The notes under the pieces were generated by a model. That model ran no database searches. It was given only the letters and a program-made list of their open reading frames with translations, and was not told the origin of the DNA. Made by a program: the position numbers and the translations under genes. From Roseibacillus sp. (GTDB taxonomy: Bacteria; Verrucomicrobiota; Verrucomicrobiia; Verrucomicrobiales; Akkermansiaceae), in contig CBDEUM010000029.1 in assembly GCA_965242925.1 (NCBI GenBank), positions 1 through 64,000 on the forward strand: a DNA stretch of 64,000 nt. Reading direction: 5' to 3'. Each line of letters begins with the position of its first letter. The stretch's first letter is position 1. Of the stretch, positions 36,611 through 46,046 are shown piece by piece.

Positions 36611-37966
36611 CTACCTGGCCGCTTTCCGCAGTTCCTGCCAACGCCTGCGCATTTTGGCGAGGGTCTCCCGGTGGGAGGGATCACCCGCAAGGTTGTTGCT
36701 CTCGAGGGGATCCTTGGCGAGGTCGTAGAGTTCCTCCACCCCGGGCTTGGGGGCCAGCCAGTGGATGTATTTCCAACGCTGGCCGCGAACGGCCTCGGAT
36801 TCGGGAATGCGATCGGGGATAAAGTGATGTTCGTAGAAGAAGTCACTCCGCCAGTCCTTGGCGGATTTCGCAAGGAGCGGGGTGAGGGAGCGACCCTGCA
36901 TGCTCTCCGGGGCAGGAATCCCGGCGTAGGAGAGAATGGTGGGGGCAAAATCGATGTTGAGGACCAGTTCGGTAAGCGGTTGCGTGCGTTTCTCCCGCTG
37001 GCGGGGGTCGTGAATGATGAGGGGGATCCGGATGGATTCCTCATGGGCGAACCACTTCCCGGCCAAGCCCCGTTCCCCGAGGTAGAATCCGTGGTCAGAG
37101 GTGAAGATGATCACGGTATTGTCGGCCACCCCCAGCTTCTTCAGTTCCTCGCGCATGCGTCCGAGCTCCCGGTCCACGCCGAAGAGGAGACGGTAGTAGT
37201 CCTTCACGGTGTTCTGGAAGAGTTTGGGAGAAAAGCGGATTTCCCAGCGCCGGCGCGACTCGGAGGTCTTGAGGGGCTCGTGGAGGGATTGGAAGATCGC
37301 AGGATCGGAAAGCGGAGCTGGTGGGATGATGATGTTGTCAAAGATCTTCTCGTCGCGCTTGTCGGGGGGGAACTGGCGCTTGGCTCCGTCCTGGCAGTGC
37401 ACGGCCTTGAAGCTCACCGAGAGACACCACGGTTTGTCCTTGGGAGCGGTGCGCAGGAACTCGAGGGACTGGTCCCCCTGCAGGGCGGTGAGGTGCTGGT
37501 TGTCCTTGCGCTTGGGATCGAGGAAGCGCCCCTGTCCCGCGAAGCCGCGCCAGAAGTCGAAGGTCTTGCGTGCTTCCGTCATCTTGTTGCCCACGCCATA
37601 TTTCCCCACGAAGCCGGTGTGGTAACCTGCCTTCTTCAGGAGTCCCGGGTAGGCCTTGTCCCACGCATCCGCGGTGAATTCGTTGCGAAAACCGTGGATC
37701 TGGTGGCGGGCTTCGTACTGGCCGGTGAAGATGCTGGCGCGGCTCACCATGCAGATGGCGGTGGTGACAAAGGCGCTCTCGAAGACGTGGCTCTCCCTGG
37801 CGAGGACGTCAAGGTGGGGTGTCCGGCAGATCTTGTGTCCGGCAAAGCCGAAGGTGTCGTGACGCAGGTCGTCGACAAGGAGGAAGAGGATGTTTGGCCT
37901 GGGGGCGGCGGGGGAGGCGGAAGGGAGGCACAGGAGAAGCGACAGGATGGCCAGGAGAACTCTCAT
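36611..37966 (-). CDS. Sulfatase (formylglycine-dependent)
   Basis: Signal peptide; PNILFLLVDDLR, CMVSRASIFTG, FTSDHG, HEESIRIPL, EELYDLAKDP. Confidence 0.92.
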   Translation of the reverse strand: MRVLLAILSLLLCLPSASPAAPRPNILFLLVDDLRHDTFGFAGHKICRTPHLDVLARESHVFESAFVTTAICMVSRASIFTGQYEARHQIHGFRNEFTADAWDKAYPGLLKKAGYHTGFVGKYGVGNKMTEARKTFDFWRGFAGQGRFLDPKRKDNQHLTALQGDQSLEFLRTAPKDKPWCLSVSFKAVHCQDGAKRQFPPDKRDEKIFDNIIIPPAPLSDPAIFQSLHEPLKTSESRRRWEIRFSPKLFQNTVKDYYRLLFGVDRELGRMREELKKLGVADNTVIIFTSDHGFYLGERGLAGKWFAHEESIRIPLIIHDPRQREKRTQPLTELVLNIDFAPTILSYAGIPAPESMQGRSLTPLLAKSAKDWRSDFFYEHHFIPDRIPESEAVRGQRWKYIHWLAPKPGVEELYDLAKDPLESNNLAGDPSHRETLAKMRRRWQELRKAAR

Positions 37967-38033
37967 GCCGGGTTGTTATGAGCTGTGACCTTGGAGGGCG
38001 ACAAAAAAGGTCATTTGCCTTCCCCGGGAGGCG

Positions 38034-38501
38034 TTAGCCCGGATGCCTGCTGAGCAGGCGCCCGGCGAGGTTCGGGAGGGGGAGCATCTCCCTGCGATTC
38101 AGGGTGCTACCGGTCGCGTCCACGTATGTGGTGGTGCGCACCCGCTGGGTTCCATCACGCTTGGTGAACCGGATGGTGTCCACCGTGGGGCAGCCGCCTT
38201 CCGTCTTCCCGGCGTAGAAGACAAAGAGGCGATCCAGGCGGATGCGCTCCTCGTCGGTGAGTCGGTGGGTTCCGAGTTTGCGGGGTGTGCCAATCTTCCC
38301 CGGGGTGTCGAGGGCGTAGATCACGACTTCATGGGCGGTGAAGACGAAGCGGTAGGAATAGTGGTGGGAGCATCCTATCGACTTGTAGCGGATGGTGAGG
38401 CTTTGACCGGATTTAAGGTTCAGGAGGGAGAACTCGCGGGGAGCGGGTGCGTGGTCGCGGAACGCGCCTGCGATCATGGTGGAGAGGACCGGTGAATACA
38501 T
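38034..38501 (-). CDS. Hypothetical protein
   Basis: 155-aa ORF co-oriented with neighbours; GCSH and GCPT motifs; no family recognised. Confidence 0.55.
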   Translation of the reverse strand: MYSPVLSTMIAGAFRDHAPAPREFSLLNLKSGQSLTIRYKSIGCSHHYSYRFVFTAHEVVIYALDTPGKIGTPRKLGTHRLTDEERIRLDRLFVFYAGKTEGGCPTVDTIRFTKRDGTQRVRTTTYVDATGSTLNRREMLPLPNLAGRLLSRHPG

Positions 38502-38625
38502 GGGATTCAGGATGCTGGTTCAGTTATCATCCAGACTAGGGGCCAGCCCCGGCAGGACAATGAACCGTTAGGGTTATCCCGGACTGGAATTTAACCCGGT
38601 TGAGGCAGGGAAAGAGTCGTTGCTC

Positions 38626-39051
38626 CTACGGGCACTCGTTCTCGGCGAGCCAGTCGTTGAGAATCTCGAGGGCGGCGACCTGGTCGATAAGGTCTTTCTG
38701 CGCGCGGGCAGACTTGCCGGCTTCGCGCAGTTTCCCGGCGGCGCTGGTGGTGGTGAGACGTTCGTCGCTGTATTGGATGGGAATCGCGGGAATCTTCCCG
38801 GCGAGTTCGGTGCCGAAGGCGCGCACGCGGTGGGCCGCTTCGCCTTCCCTGCCATCGAGGCGCAGGGGAAGGCCGAGAAGGATCAGCCTGATCCTGCGCT
38901 CTTCCACGATTTGGGCGATGCGCGGGAGGGGGTCGACCCGGCGCGTGTGAATGGTTTCCACCGGATGAGACGCAATTCCCAGCTCATCGGTGGCGGCGAG
39001 ACCGATGCGAGCCTGGCCGTGATCGATGGCGAGAATGGGGTGGTGGCCCAT
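38626..39051 (-). CDS. ruvX: YqgF/RuvX pre-16S rRNA nuclease
   Basis: LAIDHGQARIGLA, GLPL, DERLTT, IDQVAALEIL. Confidence 0.93.
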   Translation of the reverse strand: MGHHPILAIDHGQARIGLAATDELGIASHPVETIHTRRVDPLPRIAQIVEERRIRLILLGLPLRLDGREGEAAHRVRAFGTELAGKIPAIPIQYSDERLTTTSAAGKLREAGKSARAQKDLIDQVAALEILNDWLAENECP

Positions 39052-39075
39052 GGGGAATGCGGGATTTGAAATCTC

Positions 39076-40146
39076 CTACAGCAACTCGTCGGGGAGTTCC
39101 TGGACGATCTTCCTGATCTCATCGGCCCGGTGGCGGTTGGCGACCAGGATGGCGTCGTCGGTTTGCACCACGATGAGGTCCTCCACGCCGAGGAGGGCGA
39201 TGCGACGGTTCTGTTCGCTGAAGACGATGTTGTTGCTGCTGTCCACCACCGTGACCGGGGTGTTGCACTGGTTGGAATCGGACACGGTTTCGAGGTGTCT
39301 GGCAACCGAGATCCAGGAACCCACGTCGTCCCAGTCGAAGGAGGCCTCGATGTTGAGGACGCGGGAGGCCTTTTCCATGAGGGCGTAGTCGATGGAGATG
39401 GGAGCGAGTTCGGGGAAGCGGGTCGCCACCGTGCCGGCCGCGTCGCTGCTGTCGCGAATTTCCTCCACGAAGCTCCCCAGCTCGGGCGCGTGGTTGTGAA
39501 GCTCGTTGAGGACGGTGGGGATCGCCCAGATGAACATCCCGGCATTCCAGGCGAAATTCCCGCTGGCAAGAAACTCTTCGGCCTGCTCCGGAGCGGGCTT
39601 CTCGCGGAAACGCACCACCTCGTGAGGCCGATGGGCGAGCTTCAGGCCCCCCAGATCGGCTGCTCCTCCCCGCTCGACGTAGCCGTAGGAAGGACAGGCC
39701 CAGGTGGGTTTGATTCCCACCGTGATCAGTCCCTCGCTTTCCGAGGCGGCAGCGAGGGCGTCGCTCATGACGGATTGAAAGGCGGTGGTGTCCTGGATCA
39801 GTTGATCGGAGGGCAGGATCAGCATGGAGGCCTCCGGGTCCCGTGCCGCTACCAGACCGATCCCGAGGGCAACCGCCGGTCCGGTATCGCGCCTGGCGGG
39901 TTCCGCGAAGATATTCTCGGGGGGCAGGGAAGAAGCCAGTTGGCGCACGGCGTCTTCCTGGAGGGAGTTGGTGAGGATGAGAATGTTCTCGCGGGGGATC
40001 AGCCCCTCAAGGCGGGCGAGGGTCTGGCTGAGCAGGGTACCGGCACCGAAGAGATTGAGGAGCTGTTTGGGTTTTGCGTTTCGGCTGAGGGGCCAGAAGC
40101 GGGTGCCGCTGCCGCCCGCCAGGATCATGGCATATGAACTCGACAT
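39076..40146 (-). CDS. manC: Mannose-1-phosphate guanylyltransferase
   Basis: ILAGGSGTRFWPLSR..PKQ, EPARRDTGP, YGYV, FREKP, WNAGMF, SIDYALME, WDDVGSW; no PMI cupin domain. Confidence 0.93.
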   Translation of the reverse strand: MSSSYAMILAGGSGTRFWPLSRNAKPKQLLNLFGAGTLLSQTLARLEGLIPRENILILTNSLQEDAVRQLASSLPPENIFAEPARRDTGPAVALGIGLVAARDPEASMLILPSDQLIQDTTAFQSVMSDALAAASESEGLITVGIKPTWACPSYGYVERGGAADLGGLKLAHRPHEVVRFREKPAPEQAEEFLASGNFAWNAGMFIWAIPTVLNELHNHAPELGSFVEEIRDSSDAAGTVATRFPELAPISIDYALMEKASRVLNIEASFDWDDVGSWISVARHLETVSDSNQCNTPVTVVDSSNNIVFSEQNRRIALLGVEDLIVVQTDDAILVANRHRADEIRKIVQELPDELL

Positions 40147-40243
40147 GCTGCGGCGATAGTGCCGGAACATTGGGGATGGTTAAAAGCAGCGATGTGAGGA
40201 ATTTCTTGTTTTTCCCCGGCAGAGTGTAAGTTAAGTTCAGTTC

Positions 40244-40570
40244 GTGAATGATAAACCGCAGGATCCTGGAAGAACGCTGGTGGAAGCCAGCATCGAGTGT
40301 GGGCCGGTTGCGCTCGGGGTAGCGGCCGGGATCTTTCTGGGTGACATGATGCACCGCAGCGCCCGACGTCCGGTGGCCTTTGCTCTGGGAGTGCTCGGAA
40401 TCGCAGCCATCGCTCCGGTAGTTGTCGACACCGTGTGCGACAAGGTGGCGGGACCGAACACGCGTCGCGGAACGCAGCGTACTCTCCGGAGTATTCGGGA
40501 AGGGGCGGGGGCCCCGGCCCGTGATATTAACTTCGTGGAGGAGGAACTGGGCGAGATGTACGTGGGCTAG
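40244..40570 (+). CDS. Small membrane protein, hypothetical
   Basis: Two hydrophobic segments; fills the gap between manC and rfbB. Confidence 0.7.
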   Translation: MNDKPQDPGRTLVEASIECGPVALGVAAGIFLGDMMHRSARRPVAFALGVLGIAAIAPVVVDTVCDKVAGPNTRRGTQRTLRSIREGAGAPARDINFVEEELGEMYVG

Positions 40571-40646
40571 GGGAATCGGGGACTTGTCATGCCCGGGGAC
40601 TCTGCTGCTTGCGGCGGTCCGGACCGTTCCATGCCGGGGCGGGCTT

Positions 40647-41645
40647 TCAAGCCGCTCCCTGGCGGTGCAAATTGGCGGCTATCTCCCGGACCACCAGGGG
40701 AAAGCTGGCGCGGAAGCGGTGTTGCGGACGCCAGCTCAGACCCGCCACGGCCTTGCTGAAGTCCACCGCGTAACGTCGGTCATTGCCCGGACGATCGGCC
40801 ACATGGGTGATAAGGGAGGATGGTTTGGCCAGGATCTCGAGGACGCTGCGGGCGATGCCCAGATTGGTGCGTTCGCACTGCCCCCCGAGGAGATAGACGG
40901 CTCCGGCATGGCCCCTGAGGAAGGCTGTAATCATTCCGCGGCAGTGGTCATCCACATGCATCCAGTCACGGATCTGCATGCCGTCGCCGTGGATGGGAAC
41001 CGGCTGGTCATGAAAAGCGGCGTGCACGAGGGAGGGGATCAGTTTTTCGGTGTGCTGGCGGGGCCCGTAGTTGTTGCTGGAACGCGTGATGACGATGTCC
41101 TGTTCGTGGGAGCGTGTGGCAGCGAGGCAGAAGAAATCGGCAGCGGCCTTGGAAGCGGCGTAGGGGGTGGTGGGGTTGAGCGGCCTGATTTCCACGAAGC
41201 GCTCAGGGGGTGAGACCGAGCCGTAGACCTCGTCGGTGGAGCACTGCAGGAGGGGGACCGCAGCGGCCCGGCACGTTTCCACGAGATGGGAAGTTCCGAT
41301 CACATTGCTGTGCAGAAAGGTGGAGGTGGAATCCAGGGACCGTTCGACATGCGACTCGGCGGCCAGATTGAACACCCCCGTGATGCGATGCTCGTGCAGG
41401 AGGCTGGCGGTGAGTTCGCGGTCGGCGATGTCCCCTTCCACAAAGCCAAAGCGAGGATCCTGATCGGGTCCGATGAGGTTGCCGCGGTTCCCCGCGTAGG
41501 TGAGTTTATCGAGCACGATGAGGCGCTCCAGCCCTTCCGCCCGGAGGAGGTGGCGGACAAGGGTGGATCCGATGAATCCGGCGCCCCCGGTGAGGAGGAT
41601 GGAGCGGAGTTGGCGCACGCGGGAGAATAGGCAGGATTGCGGCAA
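40647..41645 (-). CDS. rfbB: dTDP-glucose 4,6-dehydratase
   Basis: TGGAGFIGS, DKLTYAGN, AAESHV, STDEVYG, YAASK, SNNYGP, RDWMHVDDH, DRPGNDRRY; start uncertain. Confidence 0.92.
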   Translation of the reverse strand: MPQSCLFSRVRQLRSILLTGGAGFIGSTLVRHLLRAEGLERLIVLDKLTYAGNRGNLIGPDQDPRFGFVEGDIADRELTASLLHEHRITGVFNLAAESHVERSLDSTSTFLHSNVIGTSHLVETCRAAAVPLLQCSTDEVYGSVSPPERFVEIRPLNPTTPYAASKAAADFFCLAATRSHEQDIVITRSSNNYGPRQHTEKLIPSLVHAAFHDQPVPIHGDGMQIRDWMHVDDHCRGMITAFLRGHAGAVYLLGGQCERTNLGIARSVLEILAKPSSLITHVADRPGNDRRYAVDFSKAVAGLSWRPQHRFRASFPLVVREIAANLHRQGAA

Positions 41646-41712
41646 AGGGAAATGGCTCTTTTTTGATGACGGCGCATTGCAGGGGATTCTGGGGACCTGC
41701 TAGGATCGCTCC

Positions 41713-42582
41713 ATGGAAATCGTGGTGACCGGTTGCACGGGACGACTCGGGCGCGCTTTGATCCGTGAGTGGCAGGGGGAGCACGTAGTGCATGGCCTGG
41801 GCCGGGAGGATCTTGATTTTGGTGTGCCCGCTGGGCTGGAGCGGAAGCTCGAGGGGCTGCACTTTGATGCTCTTGTGAACTGTGCGGCCATGGCGGACGT
41901 CGAGAGCTGTGAAAGCCAGTTGCGGCAGGCGCATCTGGTCAACGCCGAATCTCCCCGCGTGCTGGCGCGTGTGTGTGCCCGACGCGGCGCACGCCTCATC
42001 CACTTCAGCACGGACTACGTGCTTGATGGCGCCAGCGAGGGCCTCAAGGGCGAAGAAGCTGTGGTGTGGCCCCTCAATCACTACGCGCGAACCAAGCGGG
42101 CGGGGGAGGAAAGCGTCCTCGAAGAGAATCCGTCTGCGATTGTGGGGCGGGTCAGCTGGGTTTTTGGATCCGGGTCAGAAGGTATTGTCGAGTCCGTGTT
42201 CAGGAGGGCCCGTGGCGGCAAGGAGCTTCGGGCGGTGGACGACAAGTTTTCCAAGCCGACTTCGGTGCGGGAAATCGGCCGGATGGTAACGGCCCTCCTG
42301 GGCAGGCCGGATCTGGCGGGACTCTTTCACCTGACCCACTCCGGTGAGCCGGAGAGTTGGTGGTCGGTTGCGACCAAGGTCGTGCGCCTGGGGCATGAAG
42401 CGGGACTCCTGGAAAGTTGTCCGGAAGTTCAACCGGAAGCAATGGAGCGGATGGAGCGAATGAGAGTGGTGCGACCGGTTCATACCGCAATGGATCCTGC
42501 GCGGCTGCGCACCGATTTGCACTGGCGGGGGGTGAGCTGGGAGGAGGAGGCCCGGATAAGCCTGGAGGCTCTGTCGGGGTAG
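41713..42582 (+). CDS. rfbD: dTDP-4-dehydrorhamnose reductase
   Basis: TGCTGRLG, NCAAMADVESCE, HFSTDYV, YARTK, PT motif. Confidence 0.88.
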   Translation: MEIVVTGCTGRLGRALIREWQGEHVVHGLGREDLDFGVPAGLERKLEGLHFDALVNCAAMADVESCESQLRQAHLVNAESPRVLARVCARRGARLIHFSTDYVLDGASEGLKGEEAVVWPLNHYARTKRAGEESVLEENPSAIVGRVSWVFGSGSEGIVESVFRRARGGKELRAVDDKFSKPTSVREIGRMVTALLGRPDLAGLFHLTHSGEPESWWSVATKVVRLGHEAGLLESCPEVQPEAMERMERMRVVRPVHTAMDPARLRTDLHWRGVSWEEEARISLEALSG

Positions 42583-42674
42583 GGGTTCGGAATGCGGTTC
42601 TTGGTCACCGAAAAGGCTCTTTTGGCGGTCGGAAATCCCATTGACCCACCGCAGGTCTGGTACACACTCCCATC

Positions 42675-43214
42675 ATGAAACGTGTAATCCAACCATTTCT
42701 GCTGGGGACGATGGGCGCACTGATCTCCTCCTGTGGGGGGTTGGCACTCTCGCGGGATTATGATTCCTCGAATAACCCACTGGACTCTCCTGGCAGTCAG
42801 GCCGATGCGATCAATGGCGGCCCACGCTACGCCCCGGGGAGCTATGTGGAAGTAACCGATGCCAATGCCGGTCTCTACCGGCGCTTTCCGAAAGGAGATA
42901 TGCAACCGTCCGCCAAGCTGGTTCCCGGTACGCAGCTCAAGGTGCTCAGTGAGAAAGGATCCTACGTGAAGGTTGAGACGGAGTCCGGGCAGATTGGGTA
43001 TGTTCCTGCCATCATGGTGAGTGACCGGGTGTCGGATTCAACCCTGGTTCCGCTGGAGGGGACCGCTGTTCCCCTGGCGCCAGTGGATCCCGCCGATCCG
43101 GAAAGTCTTCAGCCTCTGCCTCCTGCGGACGCCTCCTCATTCGTAGCGCCGGAACCGGAAGTGCCGCCGATCTCCGTGGAAAGGTCTGAGGCTCCGGTGC
43201 CGCCTGATGAGTAG
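42675..43214 (+). CDS. SH3-like domain lipoprotein
   Basis: Lipobox ISSC; GTQLKVLSEKGSYVKVETESGQIGYVP; Pro-rich tail. Confidence 0.75.
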   Translation: MKRVIQPFLLGTMGALISSCGGLALSRDYDSSNNPLDSPGSQADAINGGPRYAPGSYVEVTDANAGLYRRFPKGDMQPSAKLVPGTQLKVLSEKGSYVKVETESGQIGYVPAIMVSDRVSDSTLVPLEGTAVPLAPVDPADPESLQPLPPADASSFVAPEPEVPPISVERSEAPVPPDE

Positions 43215-43222
43215 CTCGTTTT

Positions 43223-43714
43223 TTAGAGATTTCGAAGGACCTCCTTGATGGCCTCGAAATTGGGCTGATCGGCCGGGTTGTCATTGACCTCGGCGTATTG
43301 GACCACACCTTCGCCATCGATCACGAAGGCAGAGCGCTTGGGCACTCCCCCCATGGGCAGGTTCTTGTCGGGCAGGAAGCTGTCGTAGGCCACACCCCAG
43401 GCCTTGGTCGCCTCGTGTTCGTAGTCGCTGAGAAGGGTGATGGCGATGCCCTCTTTTTCTGCCCAGGCAGCCTGCGCAAAGGGATTGTCACCACTTACGC
43501 AAAGAACCTGCACGCCCAGCTCTTCGTATTCGCTGATTCCCGCCGTAAGGCTGCATAATTCCGTCGTGCAGCCTCCGGTAAAGGCCATCGGGACAAAGAG
43601 CAGGAGCGTTGTCTTGCCCTTGGCCTGTTGGGAGAGGGTCACCAGCTCGGGGCCGTCGGAGCCGAGGGTCGTTAGGGTGAAATCGGGTGCGGAGTCGCCT
43701 GTCGTGATTGCCAT
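43223..43714 (-). CDS. Peroxiredoxin (AhpC/TSA family)
   Basis: GDSAPDFTL, PMAFTGGCTTELC (PxxxTxxC), LLSD, RSAFVID. Confidence 0.92.
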   Translation of the reverse strand: MAITTGDSAPDFTLTTLGSDGPELVTLSQQAKGKTTLLLFVPMAFTGGCTTELCSLTAGISEYEELGVQVLCVSGDNPFAQAAWAEKEGIAITLLSDYEHEATKAWGVAYDSFLPDKNLPMGGVPKRSAFVIDGEGVVQYAEVNDNPADQPNFEAIKEVLRNL

Positions 43715-43721
43715 GGGTCGA

Positions 43722-43749
43722 ATTCTAGTAATGAGCGGCGCGGCGTCAA
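43722..43749 (-). promoter_or_regulatory. Sigma70-type promoter of the peroxiredoxin gene, probably leaderless
   Basis: TTGACG-16 nt-TAGAAT, then 7 nt to ATG. Confidence 0.6.
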
Positions 43750-44021
43750 TTCCTCCTCTTGCAGGCGGCGAAATAGGGGGATGAAGGGGATTTCACTGGA
43801 TCGTGGTGGGAAAAGGGTGAAATAATAAGAATTATTAGCAAATTCACAACATACTTAAAATAAGTGTATTACAAGATACTAAGCAGGAAAAGTGTGAAAT
43901 TTTATTAAAAAGTTATAGCAAATTTACACAAACGTTGATAATCTTTGTCCGTCAATCAGGCAGGCCTTAGTCAGTCTGTCGGCCTCCACGGCCAACGCAC
44001 GACCACCCTTACCTCACCACC

Positions 44022-44471
44022 ATGAAAGGATTCGTCCTTAGCCTCACCCTGGCGTCTTTTGTCAGCGCCTCCCTACCTGCGGCCCTTCCTGTGGCTGCCT
44101 CTACCACTACCTCCTCCGTCGCTCCCCGCCCGGTCGCTACCAAGGCCGTGATTTCCGGATTGGAGGGCAAGGTCTTCGAGACCCTCCCGCCGGTTCTGGT
44201 CGAACTGAGCAACCTTCCCGCCGGCGCGGCGGTGTGGGTTGAGGTCAAGCGCGGGGCTCCCACCGACGATCGTCTTGCGGGGAAACCCGTTGAGTCGAAG
44301 TTCTACCTCCGCAAGGATCGAGTGGGCGTTCTCAGCGTGCCCGGCATCCACAAGGCCTGCCGCGCCGAAGGAACCTGGACGGTCAGTGTGCTTATGAGCG
44401 ATGCTCACGGCACGACCACCCTGAGCCGTGCCGCCTTCGTGCTGCAGTCCAAGCGCAAGCGCTATGCCTAG
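44022..44471 (+). CDS. Hypothetical secreted protein
   Basis: Signal peptide MKGFVLSLTLASFVSASLPA; beta-rich remainder. Confidence 0.7.
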   Translation: MKGFVLSLTLASFVSASLPAALPVAASTTTSSVAPRPVATKAVISGLEGKVFETLPPVLVELSNLPAGAAVWVEVKRGAPTDDRLAGKPVESKFYLRKDRVGVLSVPGIHKACRAEGTWTVSVLMSDAHGTTTLSRAAFVLQSKRKRYA

Positions 44472-44633
44472 GAGGCCAAGATGAACCGGGTCGCCCGCTG
44501 CCTGCCACCACTGCCCCCTGCCTGCCTGTCAAGTTTGTCGTAATCGCTCTGCCCGAAGCCCTGCCTTGCCGTGATTTTCAAATCCTGCGAAGACTGAACC
44601 ACAGCCCAGCACAGTTTTCGCTCTATCAATAGG

Positions 44634-44670
44634 AGAGAGACCCAGGTTCTGCCCGGGTCTCTCTTTTTTT
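44634..44670 (+). terminator. Rho-independent terminator
   Basis: AGAGAGACCC (44634-44643) / GGGTCTCTCT (44655-44664), followed by a T run. Confidence 0.85.
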
Positions 44671-44737
44671 GCAGTGATGGAGTATTGTGGTGGTGGACTG
44701 TCCCACGGTGGTTTAGAGCGGATGGAGTTCATTTATC

Positions 44738-46009
44738 ATGCCGTGGGAGCTGTCAGAATTTGGCCAGGGGCTGTGCACCGGAAGCGGGATCGGTGAGTTA
44801 ATGGAAGATCTTGGAGCGGCTCTGACGGTGGGCGGGGAGCGCATCCGCATGCTCGGTGGGGGACAACCGGCACATATCCCGGAGATTGATGCCGTCTGGC
44901 GCCAGCGCATGAAGGAAATCATGGTGTCGGAGGGGGAGCTGGAGCGCATGCTGGGCGACTACGAGGGACCGGCTGGCAACCGTGGATTCCGGGCCGCCCT
45001 CGCGGGCCTCTTCAGCCGGGAATTCGGCTGGGAGCTGGGACCGGAGAACGTAGCGGTCACCGCGGGCGGTCAGACGGCCTTCTTCTTTCTCTTCAATTCG
45101 CTGGCTGGCCGCTTCGCCGATGGGCGGCGCAAGAAGATCCTTCTTCCACTCGTGCCGGAATACATTGGTTATGCCAGCCAGTCGGCCGGGGGAGAGCTTT
45201 TTCGTGGGGCAAAGCCCAGGCTCGAGATGATCGGCAATCACGAGTTCAAGTACCGGGTGGACTTCGATTCCCTGGAGATCGATGAAGAAGTGGCGGCCAT
45301 CTGCGTCTCGCGACCGACCAATCCGACCGGAAACGTGCTGACCGATAATGAGATCGGCCATCTTTCGGAATTGGCGGCGGAGCATGCGATTCCGTTGATC
45401 ATCGACAATGCCTATGGTGCGCCCTTTCCGAACATCATCTTCAGCGAGGCCACCCCGGTCTGGAATGAGAACATCATCCTCACCCAGAGTCTTTCCAAGA
45501 CAGGCCTGCCAGGCACCCGCACAGGAATCGTGATTGCGCGGGAGGAAGTGATCCGCTGGGTCACATCAATGACTTCCATTGTCGGTCTTTCCAACACCAA
45601 TGCAGGGCAGGCCATCATGCAGCCTCTGCTGGAGAACGGAGAGATTCTGCGGTTGAGCGACGAGGTGATACAGCCCTTCTACCGGATCAAGTCGGATCGG
45701 GCCCGGTCCCTGGTGGAGGAACACTTCGATCCCTCGCTTCCCTGGCGCGTTCACAAGCGGGAGGGCGCCCTTTTTCTCTGGCTCTGGTTTGAGGATCTGC
45801 CCATCACATCCCTCGAACTTTACGAACGCCTCAAGGCTCGTGATGTATTGGTGGTGCCGGGCAACTACTTCTTTTACGGTCTTGAAGATGGGCACTGGCC
45901 TCACCGGAACGAGTGCCTGCGCATCTCCTTCACCATGTCCGAGGAAGTGGTGGGGGAGGGGTTCCGCGTCATCGGCGAGGAAGTGAAGAAGGCCTACGAG
46001 GGCCGATAG
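44738..46009 (+). CDS. avtA: Valine-pyruvate aminotransferase
   Basis: SEFG...SGIGELMEDL, MLGGGQPAHIP, QTAFFFLFN, PEYIGY, SRPTNPTGNV, IDNAYGAPFP, SLSKTGLPGTRTG. Confidence 0.92.
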   Translation: MPWELSEFGQGLCTGSGIGELMEDLGAALTVGGERIRMLGGGQPAHIPEIDAVWRQRMKEIMVSEGELERMLGDYEGPAGNRGFRAALAGLFSREFGWELGPENVAVTAGGQTAFFFLFNSLAGRFADGRRKKILLPLVPEYIGYASQSAGGELFRGAKPRLEMIGNHEFKYRVDFDSLEIDEEVAAICVSRPTNPTGNVLTDNEIGHLSELAAEHAIPLIIDNAYGAPFPNIIFSEATPVWNENIILTQSLSKTGLPGTRTGIVIAREEVIRWVTSMTSIVGLSNTNAGQAIMQPLLENGEILRLSDEVIQPFYRIKSDRARSLVEEHFDPSLPWRVHKREGALFLWLWFEDLPITSLELYERLKARDVLVVPGNYFFYGLEDGHWPHRNECLRISFTMSEEVVGEGFRVIGEEVKKAYEGR

Positions 46010-46046
46010 GCCAGGAGCAGGGCTTCCAACAAGGCGCGCCGCCCCA

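Noticed and set aside
43223..43714. Peroxiredoxin as a second selenoprotein
   Set aside because: The peroxidatic position is an ordinary Cys codon and the ORF is uninterrupted.
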